Part shown: one piece after another, positions 14,199 to 27,239 of the stretch
Position numbering within the stretch: the first letter of the stretch is position 1
Layout: every line of letters begins with the position of its first letter
Assembly (NCBI GenBank): GCA_030704615.1
Contig: CM060733.1
Coordinates: 53,444,001 to 53,508,000 of the forward strand
Direction: 5' to 3'
From: Takakia lepidozioides
Lineage: Eukaryota; Plantae; Bryophyta
Length of the DNA: 64,000 bases
The notes under the pieces: model-generated
What the model saw: only the letters and a program-made list of their open reading frames with translations
Told to the model about the DNA's origin: nothing
Databases searched by the model: none
Translations under genes and position numbers: made by a program

Positions 14199-14236
14199 GT
14201 TTGACGAGACTGCAGTTTGTTCCTTAGCTAGTTAAG

Positions 14237-15276
14237 ATGGAAGGCACATTTGCGGAAATGGTCGCCACATTGCAGAGTCTTCAGCTCCAGATGCAAGAAC
14301 TTCGTACATCTACCACCCAATTGCAAGCTGATCAGTCTTAAGATCTTGGCAACGCTCTCCACAATTTGCAACAACAAATTTCAGAGTTAAAAAAGTCGAA
14401 CAATGGATCTTCAACCATACGAGTCTCTACTGCAACAGCTCATACTGCAACGGTTCATCTTCAACATATTACGAGAGAACCAAAGATCAACATGCCCGAG
14501 AAATTTGATGGGACGAGATCAAGATTTCGCGGTTTTGTTCAACAAGTACGACTGTTCCTACGACTACATCCACAACGCTACCCCGATGAAGGTATTCAAG
14601 TGGGATTCGTGGGCACCCTTCTATCAGGCACTGCCGTATCTTGGTTTGCACCGCTATTAGAAGAAAATTCATATTTACTATATAATTTTGAAGCATTCAT
14701 GTCCGAGTTCACTGCAACGTTTGGAGAGAATGATAGAGAGAGAGTTACAGAAACAAAGATTCGAAATCTTCGACAAGGAACATGTCATGCTTCCGTTTAT
14801 ACTGCCGAATTTCGACAACTTGCGTGCGACCTCGACTGGATTGAGAAGAGCCTCATTAGTCAGTTTTGATGTGGACTAAAAGATGATGTAAAAGATTTGT
14901 TGCTGACAATGCCAAATGTAAGCACACTGAGTTAATTCATCACCCAAGTCATTGCATGTGATAATCGTTTATTCAAAAGACGTCAAGAGAAGCGTCTGGA
15001 TGGTCGACGACGCATCATGTCACTGCTATTACGACACCAAACACAACGATTCATCAGACATCTAGTAGTGATCATATGCAGATTGATGCTGTTCGATTCA
15101 AGTCATTGATGCCACAAGAAAAACAAAGACGACGCTCGAATAAATTATGCCTCTATTGCGGAAAAGAAGATCACATAGCATTAAACTGCCCCAACAAGAG
15201 AAGATTCAAAGCTCGGAGCACAGTTCAAGTGTTCGATACGAGGAGGTCGGAAAACGAAGATGTCCAGTCACAGTAG
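14237..15276 (+). pseudogene. gag, with stops and frameshift
   Basis: PEKFDGTRSRFRGF, LRQG...YTAEFRQLA, MQID, and zinc knuckle CLYCGKEDHIALNC. Confidence 0.9.
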
Positions 15277-15329
15277 GGACCATGCGGCTGGACACCACAA
15301 AATCCTTACAAAAAAAAATTCTTTTTCTA

Positions 15330-18300
15330 CCTCCAGACCCTGCACCCTGCTTCACAGTTCCGGTAAAAATCAGAGTGCAAAATCGAGATATCGATGTAGA
15401 AGCACTTTTGGACTCATGAAATTCAACTTATTTTATAGACAAAAACTTTGCGAAACAACACAATTTAACGCTCGTAAAGAAGAAACTCTCGGCCCCCGTT
15501 GAAGTCATCGATGGACGACCGTTAGCATTAGGAAATGTGGACCATGAAACTCGACCACTTGAAGTGAAGCTTAAAGATCAAGCATCACATATTGTTTTCA
15601 ATGTCATCCAATCTCCAACGAATCATGTGATACTTGGACTTCCCTGGTTTGTACTTCACAATCCCGACATCGACTGGTGATCGCGAAAAAAATTTGCAAG
15701 ACAAAAATGTAGAAATATCAAAGGTATTCAATCCATATTCCTTGGAGGTAGAGCTTTCATGAGAGCTACTAAAAAAGAGGCGGCATTTGCACTTTATGCG
15801 ACTCCGATCAAGACCACAACAGATAAATGTACTTCAACATTATCCGCTCAATATCAAGATTTCAAATATGTCTTTGAGAAGAAAAATGCAGATATATTGC
15901 CAGAATATCGACCTTATGACTGTGCAATTGAGTTACAATAATGAGCCCAACCACCATTCGGCCCAATATATAACTTATCCCAGACAGAGTTGGCTGCATT
16001 ACGTGAATACGTGGCTGAAAATTTGTCGAAGCACTTCATCCGACATTCAAAATCACCCGCGGGGACGCCTATCTTGTTTGTGAAAAAGAATGACGGATCA
16101 TTACGCATGTGTCGATTATCGCGGTCTCAACAAAATCACAATCAAGAATCGTTATCTGTTGCCGCTGATTTATGGGCTTCTCGACCAGCTGGAACGAGCA
16201 AAGATTTTCACCAAAATCAACTTGAGAGGAGCTTATAACCTTGTACAGATAAAATAAGGAGACGAATAGAAAACAACTTTTCGAACAAGGTATGGACATT
16301 TTGAATATAGTGTTATGCCTTTCGGTCTTACAAATGCTCCAGCAATTTTCCAACATATGATGAATGACATCTTTCGATAATTTTTAGATGACTTTGTAGT
16401 CATCTATTTGGACAACATTTTGATATTTTCACATAATGAAGAAGAACATGGCCGCCATGTACGCCTTGTCCTTGATAAATTAAGATAAAGATGACTATAT
16501 GTCAAGTTGGAAAAATATCTTTTCCATCAATCTGAGATCGAATTTCTGGGCTACATTATTTCCGACAAATGCGTCTTTATGGATCAAAAGAAAATACAAA
16601 CCATCATCGAGTGGATTAAACCAACTTCGGTCTGAGATGTACAATGTTTTCTGGGCTTTGCAAATTTCTATCGAATCTTCATCAATGACTACTCCAAAAT
16701 TGTTGCACCATTGACACGACTCACAGGGAGGGACAAATTTGTAAAGGACGAGAAGGCTGACCAGGCATTTGAAAGACTAAAGCAGGCATTTACAACGGCT
16801 CCAACACTGGTACATCCAGACCCATCTAAGCCATTCTTCTTAGAAGCAGATGCATCGGACTTTGCACTTCGCGCGGTACTCTCTCAATACGGTACAGATG
16901 GCCGACTCCACCCTGTTGGTTTTCGTTCTCGCGAATTTTCTGCTGCGGAGATCAATTATGAAATCCATGACAAAGAACTTCTAGCGATTATCGATGTTTT
17001 TGAGGAGTGACGGCATCTATTGGAGGGAGCTAAACATCATGTCACTATCTATACCGATCACAAAAACCTCGAATATTTTATGAGTGCTCGTGCTTTGAAT
17101 CGACGTCAAGCGAGATGGAGTATGTCACCAGCAAAGTTTGATTTTGTTATTACCTACCGTCCCGGACATCTTCAAGGAAAACCAGATGCTATTTCTCGAC
17201 GATTGTATCTTGCGCCAAAAGAAGGGGATGCAGCTTTTGACCAACAAAAATCCATCATCTTGAAACCAGCAAATCTCCAATTGAATATGCTATCCATATC
17301 CACCTATGACGATGCAGAGATCATAAAGAAGATTCAAGAAGCACTGAAGAGCGACCATTTTGCTACGACACTACGAAGTCAACTAAATCAACCTCGAGAC
17401 AACCCACATGTTACAAACGACTTCGAATTCAAAGATGACTTACTTTACTTCAAGGGACTTCTCTATGTACCTCTAGGACCTACACGACTTCGAATTCTTC
17501 AAACATGTCATGATCTTCCGACTGTAGGACATTTCGGCTTCAACAAAACATTGAAGTTGATATTCAGGGACTATTTGTCGCACCCCCTTGCCTTGAGAGC
17601 AGGGGGGTCGGGACACATGAGGGGCTGCCCCTGTGGTGGGGGCAGCGGCAGCGATAGGTATGGGGGGCTGAAGCACCCTTGAGTGCCCAAGGCACTCAAG
17701 GAGGCGGAGGCGCTCACTAGGTGGAGCCCCGCACACCGGGTTGCGGTGGGGATGGCTCCACAAGGGGTGGTGGTAGCTTAGCGGGACTTAGTGGGGGTGG
17801 CATAGGACTTACCATGGGGGCGGAGACCTCGTGGTGGGAGTCGTGGGGAGTCTTGGGACTCATCACGGTCCATAGGGGCCGTGGTGAGTGGGCCAAGACT
17901 CACCGCGACTCATCACCGGGAGTCGAGGGTTTTCGTGGTGGTTCACCATAAAATGGCATGGCTGGTTGTGAAACCCCCGCGGACAACTACAGAAGTATAT
18001 ATAGGGAGTAGTAACCCCGAGAACGGTGCAAGCCCGTTGGTGACCAAAAACTAGTGAGTAAGCGAGCGAGCCGGAAAGCGACCAAAGAGTGGGGAGCTGT
18101 TCCGGACTGCCATCTACCAAAGGGAATTCCACTAGGCCCAAATAGGTGGAGGGTTTAGTGGGGGAGCGAAGGGGGACCGTTATGTCCCGGTGAGCAGCCG
18201 AAGCTCCAAGTTGGCCCGGCGGCCAGGTTGGGAGTCAGGCGCGCGCATCAAAGCGAGTAACTATGACTTGAAGGGGAGTTTACCGAAGTGAGGTGCGCGA

Positions 18301-19506
18301 CACTATTGGTGGCCGCAGATGTGGAAACTCGTGAAATAATTTATAAAATCTTGCGACACGTGTGCTAAAGCGAAGGGTCCACGACATCGACCTTACGGCC
18401 TTCTTCAACTATTACCCATTCCCAAGGGTCCATGGTCGTCCGTGTCTATGGACTTTATTACGGATCTTCCAATTTCCAAGACCACCGATTCAATCATTGT
18501 TATTGTAGATCGTTTTCCGAAGATGACACATTTCATTCCATGTAATAAGATGGTTACCGGCGAGAAAACTGCAAGACTCTTCCTCAATAATATCTACCGC
18601 ATTCATGGACTCCCGAAGGACATCGTATCTGATCAAAGACCACAGTTCATATCAAATTCCTGGAGGGGATTATTTCACATATTGGATACTAAGATCAACC
18701 TCTCTACAGCTAATCATCCACAGACTAATGGTCAAACCGAACGTGTAAACCAGATTTTGGAGCAGTATCTTCGTTGTACGATCAATTATCACCAAGATAA
18801 TTGGACGGACCTTCTGTTATTGGCTGAGTTTGCCTACAACAACACTATACATTCTTCGATCAAGCAAACTCCATTTTTCTCCAATTATGGTCATCATCCT
18901 CGAGCAAACCCTCTCTACATGAAAACTGTTGGAAGCCCTGCTGCAGAAAACCTTGCTACTCATCTTGCTACGATTCACAAGGAGCTTGCATCCCACCTCG
19001 CAGAAGCTCAAAAACAATACAAGGAGTATGCAGATCAACATCGCTAACTCTAACCCCAGTTCAAGATCAGAGATCGTGTGTGGTTTCTTCGACGGGACAT
19101 ACAAACCTCCCGACCATCAAGGAAGTTGGATTATCAACGCCTGGAACCATTCAAAATTATTCGACAAATAAATCCGGTCAGTTTTCGGCTTGAACTCCTA
19201 CGAAGTATGCGCATCCATCCAGTCTTTCATGTTTCATTATTGGAGTTGTATCATCCATCGAATATTCCAAGGAGAGTTTCCGTACCACATCCACCAATCG
19301 AAGTCAAACAGGAAATTGAGTATGAAGTCGACGAAGTCCTAAACTCTCGCATCAAATATAAACGTCTTGAGTATTTCGTACATTGGAAAGGCTACGACAT
19401 CAGCGAACGAACGTGGGAACCTTCATCCAACCTCGCCAATGCCTCTGACAAAGTCCAAGAGTTTCATCAACAATATCCAGCTAAGCCTCGAGCTACACGT
19501 CAATGA
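15330..19506 (+). pseudogene. pol: protease, RT, RNase H, integrase, chromodomain; interrupted by a solo LTR
   Basis: ALLDS; [13 protein letters not shown]; YLDNILIFS; LEADASDFAL; YEIHDKELLAI; SMDFITDLP; QTERVNQILEQYLR; EYEVDEVLNSR...YFVHWKGY...TWEP. Confidence 0.92.
17576..18302 (+). mobile_element. Solo LTR (727 bp, GC-rich) of another retrotransposon family
   Basis: TGTCGCACC...GGTGCGCGACA termini; TSD CTATT (17571-17575 and 18303-18307); splits the host integrase at RDY|WWPQMW; TATA at ~17996. Confidence 0.9.
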
Positions 19507-20072
19507 GACGTCACAACGATGATGTCAATCAAGTTAGCTTCAAGAAGAAGACTTCATATTCAATGTACCTGATACACGCTAAAGAGGGAGGAACACCACA
19601 CATCAGTATATATAACTACACTTCCAGCACTCTTGCATCTTGTATTGGCAGCATGGAGTCATAAGAACCAGATACATTGGAGTTGTCGCTTACCCAACTA
19701 CCAGATCAGCCGTTCCGACTCTCACGACCTTCAACATCACGTCGACGCTCTCGAGACGATGGGCCACCAATGCGACGCGTACTTTCTCGTCTGGACCCCG
19801 TACGACGGCAAGTGGAGCCGACTCGAAGTCTGATAATTTTGTTAGAGGTTGAGGTTTCCGACCCAGAGGGCAACGAAATCATGTTTGAAGTTAGCTTCGA
19901 AAATCAGAATGCTAAAATCACTGCGTGGTCCCAAGTTCAAGGTGTTGGACACTATCGATGGTTGTATGGACCTATAAATCATTTGAATCAAGAACGAAGA
20001 GCCGAATATTTGGCAAGTACCGTCCAAGATTTTACCGCTCCTCGAGGAACTCGGCGCCAAAGGATGGGGTGA

Positions 20073-20724
20073 TGTCACGGACATAGCCCAGAGGAACTTA
20101 CCAGGAGTAAATACAAGAATTTATCAAGTTACCATGTTACCCGAAGTTATCATGATTTATCGTGATTTATCATGATCTACCATGATTTACCATTATTTAT
20201 CAAGTTACCGGGAGTTTATCAAATTACCAAGAGTAACTTGGAAAACTATTCAGGAAGCTTTCTTTGGATGAAACTTCTCCATCAAGATACCTCATTTGTT
20301 TAAGGAAGCTTCTCCATCAAGAAACCTTTGTTTAATCTTGGAAACTTCTCCAGCAAGAAACCTCCATAGGGGAAGCTTCTTGGGGAAGCTTCTTAGTATC
20401 CAGTATATATATGAGGCGAGACTGGACACTCTTTAGTCTCGCCAACACCAGTTCAAGCTACTCTTGTTTCCAGTTCCCAGTACTTCAGTCCAGTTCCCAG
20501 TACTCTAGCCCAGTTTCCAGTATCTGGTACTCCAGTCCAGTTTCCAACATTCCAGTATTCAAGTCGTGTTCCAATATCTTGTACTCTTGTTCATTGTTAT
20601 AAAGATCGTCTTGATTCCTATTTACTCATCGTGCATTCAGCCATGCCGACCTTGACTTCTTGTCTAGCCTTGTACCTCTAGTCTTCTCTCTTGTTTGTGT
20701 TCAGTCATGTTCTTGTCCTTGACA
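20073..20724 (+). repeat. 3' LTR
   Basis: TGTCACGG...CCTTGACA, followed by TSD AGATT. Confidence 0.95.
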
Positions 20725-21300
20725 AGATTCTGAGTGTATATGCAAGGCAAACAAACTTTCCCATTGATGGTGAATAGTAACATTCAAATTTTTGTACAAT
20801 GGCGTTTCAATTAAATCTCGTAGAGCGAGCATAACCAAGTTTAGACGAATATTCCCCGACATATAAGGTGATTTGTATTCAAGACATCGCTTGAGGAATA
20901 GACCTATTGTTGCTTCATCATATGGTAGACGTGGTAATATAGATTGAGTATGATCCATATTTGCAGGAACATTGATAACATTGTCATGCATTTTATATTG
21001 TCTATAACCATGAAGTTTATAAATTTGAGCAAAAGCAAGACGCGGCGAAATAAGACGTTCTTCTAATTGTGTTAGTTTTTGGACTGATGGAATGATTTTA
21101 TTTCTAGAAATTTTATTTGGTACTTGATACAAAGGCGGTTTATCTTCATTAATGTTACGTAAACAACTTGTGCATATGCATAATGTAGGGTCTAGACTCT
21201 ATTTGAATTTGAAAGTATACGGAAAGTTTTTTTGACAATTTTTTTGAAAGAAATTTTAGTTGTTTTAAAAAGCACAACCTTTCACAACAAACAGAGAATT
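20725..21300 (-). pseudogene. DUF6570-like region of the Helitron polyprotein
   Basis: LTQLEERLISPRLAF...NVINVP...SILPR...ALRDLIETPLYK. Continues across the gypsy TSD into APSQNFHPLGLFKDKHSEELKFPTLF. Confidence 0.7.
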
Positions 21301-21479
21301 ATAGGAACATCTTGAATTTGTTCATTATAGATATCAATGTATATTGATTTATGTGCATATTCATTTGTTTCAGTATGCTGTTGCACATGAGGTGGTTGTT
21401 TGATCTCATCCGAAGTGCATTCAATATATGGTAATTGAACTTTATTGTTTGTGACAAATTTATGCGAATTTTTAATATA

Positions 21480-22100
21480 TATATATATTTCATGTGATGA
21501 ATAATTTGTGATATTGTTCGTTTAATATTTGGAAACATGTTAATGAATTTGGATGCTTTTGTAGAATAAGGTAGATTTGGATATGTTTGTAATAAGTCAA
21601 AAAATTTGTTGTCATAAAGTGCCCAATCAAAATATTCTCTTTTTCTTTTTTGTGTGAGGTTGGAAATAATGGGTGGAGAGGAGTTTGACAATTGCATACT
21701 AGGGATTTGTTGACTTGTTGGAATGGAAATTAAAATGGGTGGAGACGAAACCTGAGGAACACTGGTATTTGTGACAAATTTACTTGAATTTATAATATAT
21801 AAATATTTTATGTGATTAATAATTGTGACATTGTTCTTTTAATATTTGGAAACATGTTAATGAATTTGGATGCTTTTGTAGAATAAAGTAGATTTGGACA
21901 AGTTTGTAATAATTCAAAACTTTTGTTGTCATAAAGTGTCTAATCGTTTTTTTTTTTTTTTTTTTTTTTTTTCCCTTGTGTGGGATTGGAAGTAATGGTT
22001 GGAGAGGAGTGTGACAATTGCATATTAGGAATTTTTTGACTTGTTGGAATGGAAATTATAATGGGTGGAGATGAAACCTGAGGGACACTGGTATTTGCAA
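21480..22100. repeat. Internal tandem duplication (~2 x 320 bp) in the Helentron, with a poly-T run at ~21947-21972
   Basis: TTTGGAAACATGTTAATGAATTTGGATGCTTTTGTAGAATAA and GAAACCTGAGG.ACACTGGTATTTG each occur twice. Confidence 0.85.
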
Positions 22101-22111
22101 CCTGTTTCATA

Positions 22112-22860
22112 TTATTTTTTAATGTATTGAATACGGTTTTTAACTTGTTTTTGGATAATACTTGTATTGCAAAAAATGTTGAATAGTGAGGCAATATAAT
22201 CCAATTGTGAAGTAGAATTATTTTTCAAAAGGTCCATCAATGTAGAGTCTAATTTTTCATTCCAATTGAAACGTAAATTTGTTTGTGGAGATTGACTAGA
22301 TGGTCTTTGTATTGTTGATTCTGAGAATGATGGAAATTCATCCAAATTTATGATTACTTGAGGATCATTTGTTTGAGAAAAAAGTAGAGACGTAGGTGCA
22401 TCATTGGCATACTCAATTGGTTCAAAATGAGCATTGTGAGCTATATGTAAGGGGCTAGATTGAAAATCCATTCCACATCGAGACATTATACGTTTTGATA
22501 CTTTTTTCCAAATGTAAATTGGCCTTTGTAAATATTCTGCTATCCAGAAAATTGCAGTGAAATATCCCCACAGACCTCCAATTGTAGCACTTTGTGACAT
22601 TTTTGTCACATATTCATGTTCATTTAAGACTGCACCTTGATGTAAATCAAACAAAAAATCTGGATTCAATTCTCGAATGCGACATTGTTGGGCTTTCTTT
22701 GTATTTAATAATAAACATTGACTTAAATATGTCATACTGTTTTGCCTCAATTGAAGAGACAACAATTCATTATGTAATAGATAAGAAATAGAATCAAATA
22801 GACAATTGTCTACTTTATATTTATATGTTGAAACCAGACGAAGTCTGGATGAATGTAAGA
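22112..22860 (-). pseudogene. OTU-like cysteine protease domain of the Helentron
   Basis: EYVTKMS...GGLWGYFTAIFWIAEYLQRPIYIW...LHIAHNAHFEP resembles the OTU WG motif and His box. Confidence 0.6.
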
Positions 22861-25045
22861 CATGGTCAAATGAAGAATGAAGTAGAAGATCCGGTGTAAT
22901 TGTGCCTATTATTATGAATCTTAATTAAAATAGATGTAAGAACTAGATTTAAATTTACGAACTAGATTTGAAAACTGGATACTAGACTGAGAACTGAAAT
23001 ATTGCCCGGTCATCAATTAAAAAATGAATGTAAATATGAACTGTATTTTGTCAATAAAGATTGGGTTTGAATAAGTTTGACCATTTAATAGAAACCGCTT
23101 ACATAGAAACCGCTTTGTGTATATAACCGCTTAGAATATCATTTGAATTGTTGAAAACTAATCACATATGATGATGTGAAAACCACCATGTACAAAGAAC
23201 TGATTTACGAATGAAAACTATATGTAATACGAAACCTTTCTTTGTACCTTGAAAACAACAATGGGAAAAATACTATAATAAGGGTTACAAAATTGTAATA
23301 TAAAAGTTTTTCACATCACAAGCTTTATCTCAGAAAGAAGAGAACAGCAAGGATGATGCACTAAATACTATTTTCAAAAACCCCAAGTGTTTAGGAGGTT
23401 TTCTGATTGGAAACTGATTTCAGATCATCAAAGTGAAGTTTGCGTTTCACACCGTGTTGCACATCATCAAATAGTCCTAATTTCGATGGACCAGGACGAG
23501 CTGCCAAAGGGGTTACATCCAAATCCACAGGAAATTCCGTTTTAGGGATTGATTGTTGAATGTCCTCTTGAAAACCAACAAGGGCAGATGTGGGGCTCAA
23601 CTGAAATTTATCACGAATGCGAATTGTGTTGAGGAGCTAAACCTGTTTTGGACGAGGAAAATTGAGGAACTCGGATTCTACCATATGCACGATTGCCTCG
23701 AGTCATTTGCCCTCAATGGTCAACAACACAGGTTCAGTGTCGTTGCAACGGAGGCACGGAGAAAATCTGACTTGTGAACCTTTGTTTTCAAACGACAGCC
23801 GTTACAATGAACATCGCCGGTCGGCGAGATGGTGATATCTGATACACGACAATGCTCACATACTTTCTGAAATGGAGGGGCAGCATGGCTGAGTATGGAC
23901 AGCACCCCGATTACTTGGGAAAATCCGGGATTACATTATTTTAGAATAAGTTACAGATTAACTAGAATTGATAGCAAAAAATTCAATACAAACAAAGGAA
24001 GATATAATGGCTTACCTCTCTTACTGTGGGCTGAGTACTGGTAAATTTGTTGTGCAAATGAAGAAGACGAACTCGAACGCTTTCATCAACAACCCTGCTG
24101 AAAATTGTGTGGGGTTGTGCTCTCAAATGCCGATCTCATTTGGACGTTGTTGCAACATTCTTAATTAAGACCATAACACATTGGCCAGCATTGTATGCTT
24201 CCACGATTTGATCATATTTTGTTTTGAAATTCCTCCCCATAGCAAGAACATCCTGGTCAAATTCTCCCTCTCCATCTGCAATCATTAGTTGATTTTCACC
24301 CTTCGTATCTTGTCTTCCCCCCCCCCTTGCTGCAATAACAATGACAGCAAGGGTGGCACAGGCCCAACTCTGAAGAGAGGCTTGGAACTCTCTTTATGGA
24401 ATCCGTGTGGAAAAACATGGGAACCAACTCAAGTTCAAAGGCAAGAATTGAAATTGCAGTGTCGGATATATGGGTGCCGAGGAAGCCATCCTTGCACCAG
24501 GCGTCATCAAAGCTCTGGAGAAGCTGCAACTTGCGTCATTCTGAAGCTCGGGGAGGAGCTGCACACAAGGCCAACCAGGCTTTTTCCCCCTCAATCATCA
24601 GGTCAATGTACACTTGAAACAGTATTGATCTGAGACTGGGGGGTTTGCCCCGATAGATCCATGTACATCTGGATTTCCACACTGCCCATAGGGAGTGAGT
24701 ATATAAACAACCCCACAGTGGGCAATGAAGCATAGGTCTGTACTGCCTATAATTGAGAAGAATGAGAGAGGAAGGGGGGGAAGGGAGAAGGGATTCCCAA
24801 TTTGAGTAGAAGTTGAAGACCAAGGACCAGACTTTCTTTGCCCAAGGACATGTAACCAAGCGGTGTTCCAGAGTCTCCTGGATTCCTGAGCACATATCAC
24901 AATCCAGATTGTCAGATTTCATAAACACTTTGACTGACATGATATGATGAACATTTTTCCAGAGAAATGCTGAAACCTTAGAGGCACGGTCCTTGCGCCA
25001 TATTTCTTTCCAAATCTGAGCCCAATCGACCTCCCACTATGAAGT

Positions 25046-27239
25046 CAGGGACGCTAAACCGTGAGCGGTGAGCGGTGAGCTGGAAATCGTGAGCCTATAA
25101 AATAAATTATATATGATTATGAGCATCGATGGGTCGTCAAAACATTAAGAAAAAAGACGGTATTTCCGCAGATTACTGTATAGCGACCCTATATCCGAGG
25201 AAGCAAAAAAATGACAATTCAACAATGACAAGAAGTATAGTTCAAACTATACCAAAAGACTGGAATATGAGATGTACAAATGGAACACATCGAGATCAAT
25301 GAGCACATTTGGTTGACATTCATGTAAAGACAACAAATTACACATGCCATATCATCATTCTGACTTTGATGATTAAAATCCAAATAGAAACTCATACCCA
25401 TATTTTGCAAAATCAGACAGTGGACCAGAAAGACTAAATATTTATTTTATTTAGTTTTCAAATGTCATTTTATCTCATTTCGATAAAAATTTATCTAGGA
25501 TATTTAAACTGATATGAAGGTAAGGATATATATACCAAAATATCAAAATATATATTCAGATTCAAAACTGATCTCACTATATATTATTTCAAAAAAAGTT
25601 TTTTGCCTTAAGTGAACAGGGACATAGGGCCTGGATTAATTTATTTTTATTATTAGTTTATGAAAACAAATTATGGAATAGTACTTTATTTATAAAATAA
25701 AATTCGGATTCCAGATTTGGCCCAAGAGAAATTATGGAATTTTATTTTAGTTTTATTTTATGAAGACTGGTATGTGCCGCGCATACGAAATATGAGGGTC
25801 CCTCTCCCCTGTTTTGTAAGTAATTTTAAAAAACAAAACTGAAATCCGAATTTTATTTTATTTTATGAAAACGGGAATGTGCCGGCGCATATGAAATCTG
25901 AGGGCCACTGTCCCTGTTTTAAGGAAAAAAAACAAAAACAAAATCTGAAAATCCGAATTTTATTTTATTCTATGAAAACGGGTATGCGCCGGCACATACG
26001 AAATCTGAGGCCACTGTCCCCTGTTTCATAAATTTTTAAAAACAAAAATGGAAAAAATGAAAAAACTGAAAATCCGAATTTTACTTTATTTTATGAAAAC
26101 GGGTATGTGCCGGCGCATACGAAATCTGAGGGCCATTGTCCCCTGTTTCGTTATTTAAAAAAAAAAATAAAAAATAAAACCTGAAAATCTGAATTTTATT
26201 TTATTTTATGAAAACGGGTATGCGTCGGCGCATACAAAATCTGAGGGCCACTGTTCCCTGTTTTGTAATAATAATAATAATAATAATAAACTGAAATCCA
26301 AATTTTATTTTATTTTATGAAAATGGATATGCGCCGGCGCATACGTAAATCTGAGGGCCACTGTCCCCTGTTTTGTATTTAAGAAAATAAATAAACATAG
26401 AAAAAAAAAACCGTGTTGTCTGAGATACATTTCGCCATGGAAACCTGTACACGACTTCTTATGCCCACAATGAACACACTGAGGGCATTGTTGTCTGAGA
26501 TTCATGTTGTCATGAAAACCTGTATGCGTCTGCTTATACCCGAAATGAATACACTCAGGGCATGATGACACTGTTGTCTGAGATATATTTGGCCATGAAA
26601 ACTGGATGCGCCTGCTTATACCCGAAATGAACACATTGATATCTGAGACTAGAGCTTCCCTAAAACTGTATGCGCCTATGCATACTCTAGATGACGACAT
26701 TTCAAACTGTATGCGCCTGTGCACTAAATGTGCAAACCCCAATTTTCTTTAACATGTTCATCTTAAACCCTATGCGCCTGTTCCACAACTTGCAGTGGCT
26801 GCACCTGATGGTCCTACTCAGGCTTTGGGACAGATGACCATTTTGCCTCAGCCACCTGCTGGTGTTAAGTCAACAGCACATCCTTTCGGGGCAATATCGT
26901 TTCCATCTCGTATACTAGGCCCCTATCGCATGAAGAATGTTCCAACTCATTTCATTGAGATGGTCATGGCCTCCTCCATTGAGCAACATCCTGCCTTTGT
27001 AGGAATTATCTGCAATCATCTCAAGGTGCACGGTTGTAGTTAGACCTCTTATGTCACTCAAAAAATATCCACGAGAATAGGGGGTTCTTATGTCGTAAGG
27101 CTACACGGTTACAGGTCTTCCGGTGTTCAATATGTAATCCACAGGAATAGGGGGTTTTCCCATTCGTGATCATATGCTCACGAATACAAGCTCACAGCTC
27201 TCAAGCTCACACATCTAGGCTCACGGAATAGCATTCTTG
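25046..27239. mobile_element. Non-autonomous TIR DNA transposon (Mutator-like by TSD length)
   Basis: TIRs CAGGGACGCTAAACCGTGAGC and (reverse complement) CAAGAATGCTATTCCGTGAGC match at 16/21. GTGAGC subterminal repeats. Flanks CTATGAAGT and CTAAGAAGC match at 7/9. Interrupts the LINE. Confidence 0.7.
25700..26380. repeat. Minisatellite, ~6 copies of a ~110-125 bp unit
   Basis: Unit AAATCCGAATTTTATTTTATTTTATGAAAACGGGTATG.GCCGGCGCATACGAAATCTGAGGGCCACTGTCCCCTGTTT. Confidence 0.9.

Larger units (their letters stand above)
13547..20724 (+). mobile_element. Full-length decayed Ty3/gypsy chromovirus LTR retrotransposon (Tcn1-like)
   Basis: 652-bp LTRs; TSD AGATT at 13542-13546 and 20725-20729; PPT AAAGGATGGGGTGA before the 3' LTR; gag-PR-RT-RH-IN-chromo order. 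Confidence 0.95.
12160..23900 (-). mobile_element. Degenerate endonuclease-encoding Helitron (Helentron/Helitron2-like), internally deleted and interrupted by a gypsy element; termini approximate
   Basis: Minus-strand domain order: OTU-like, DUF6570-like, EELxFPTLF motif, PIF1 helicase C-terminus, EEP endonuclease. AT-rich relative to flanks. Confidence 0.75.
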
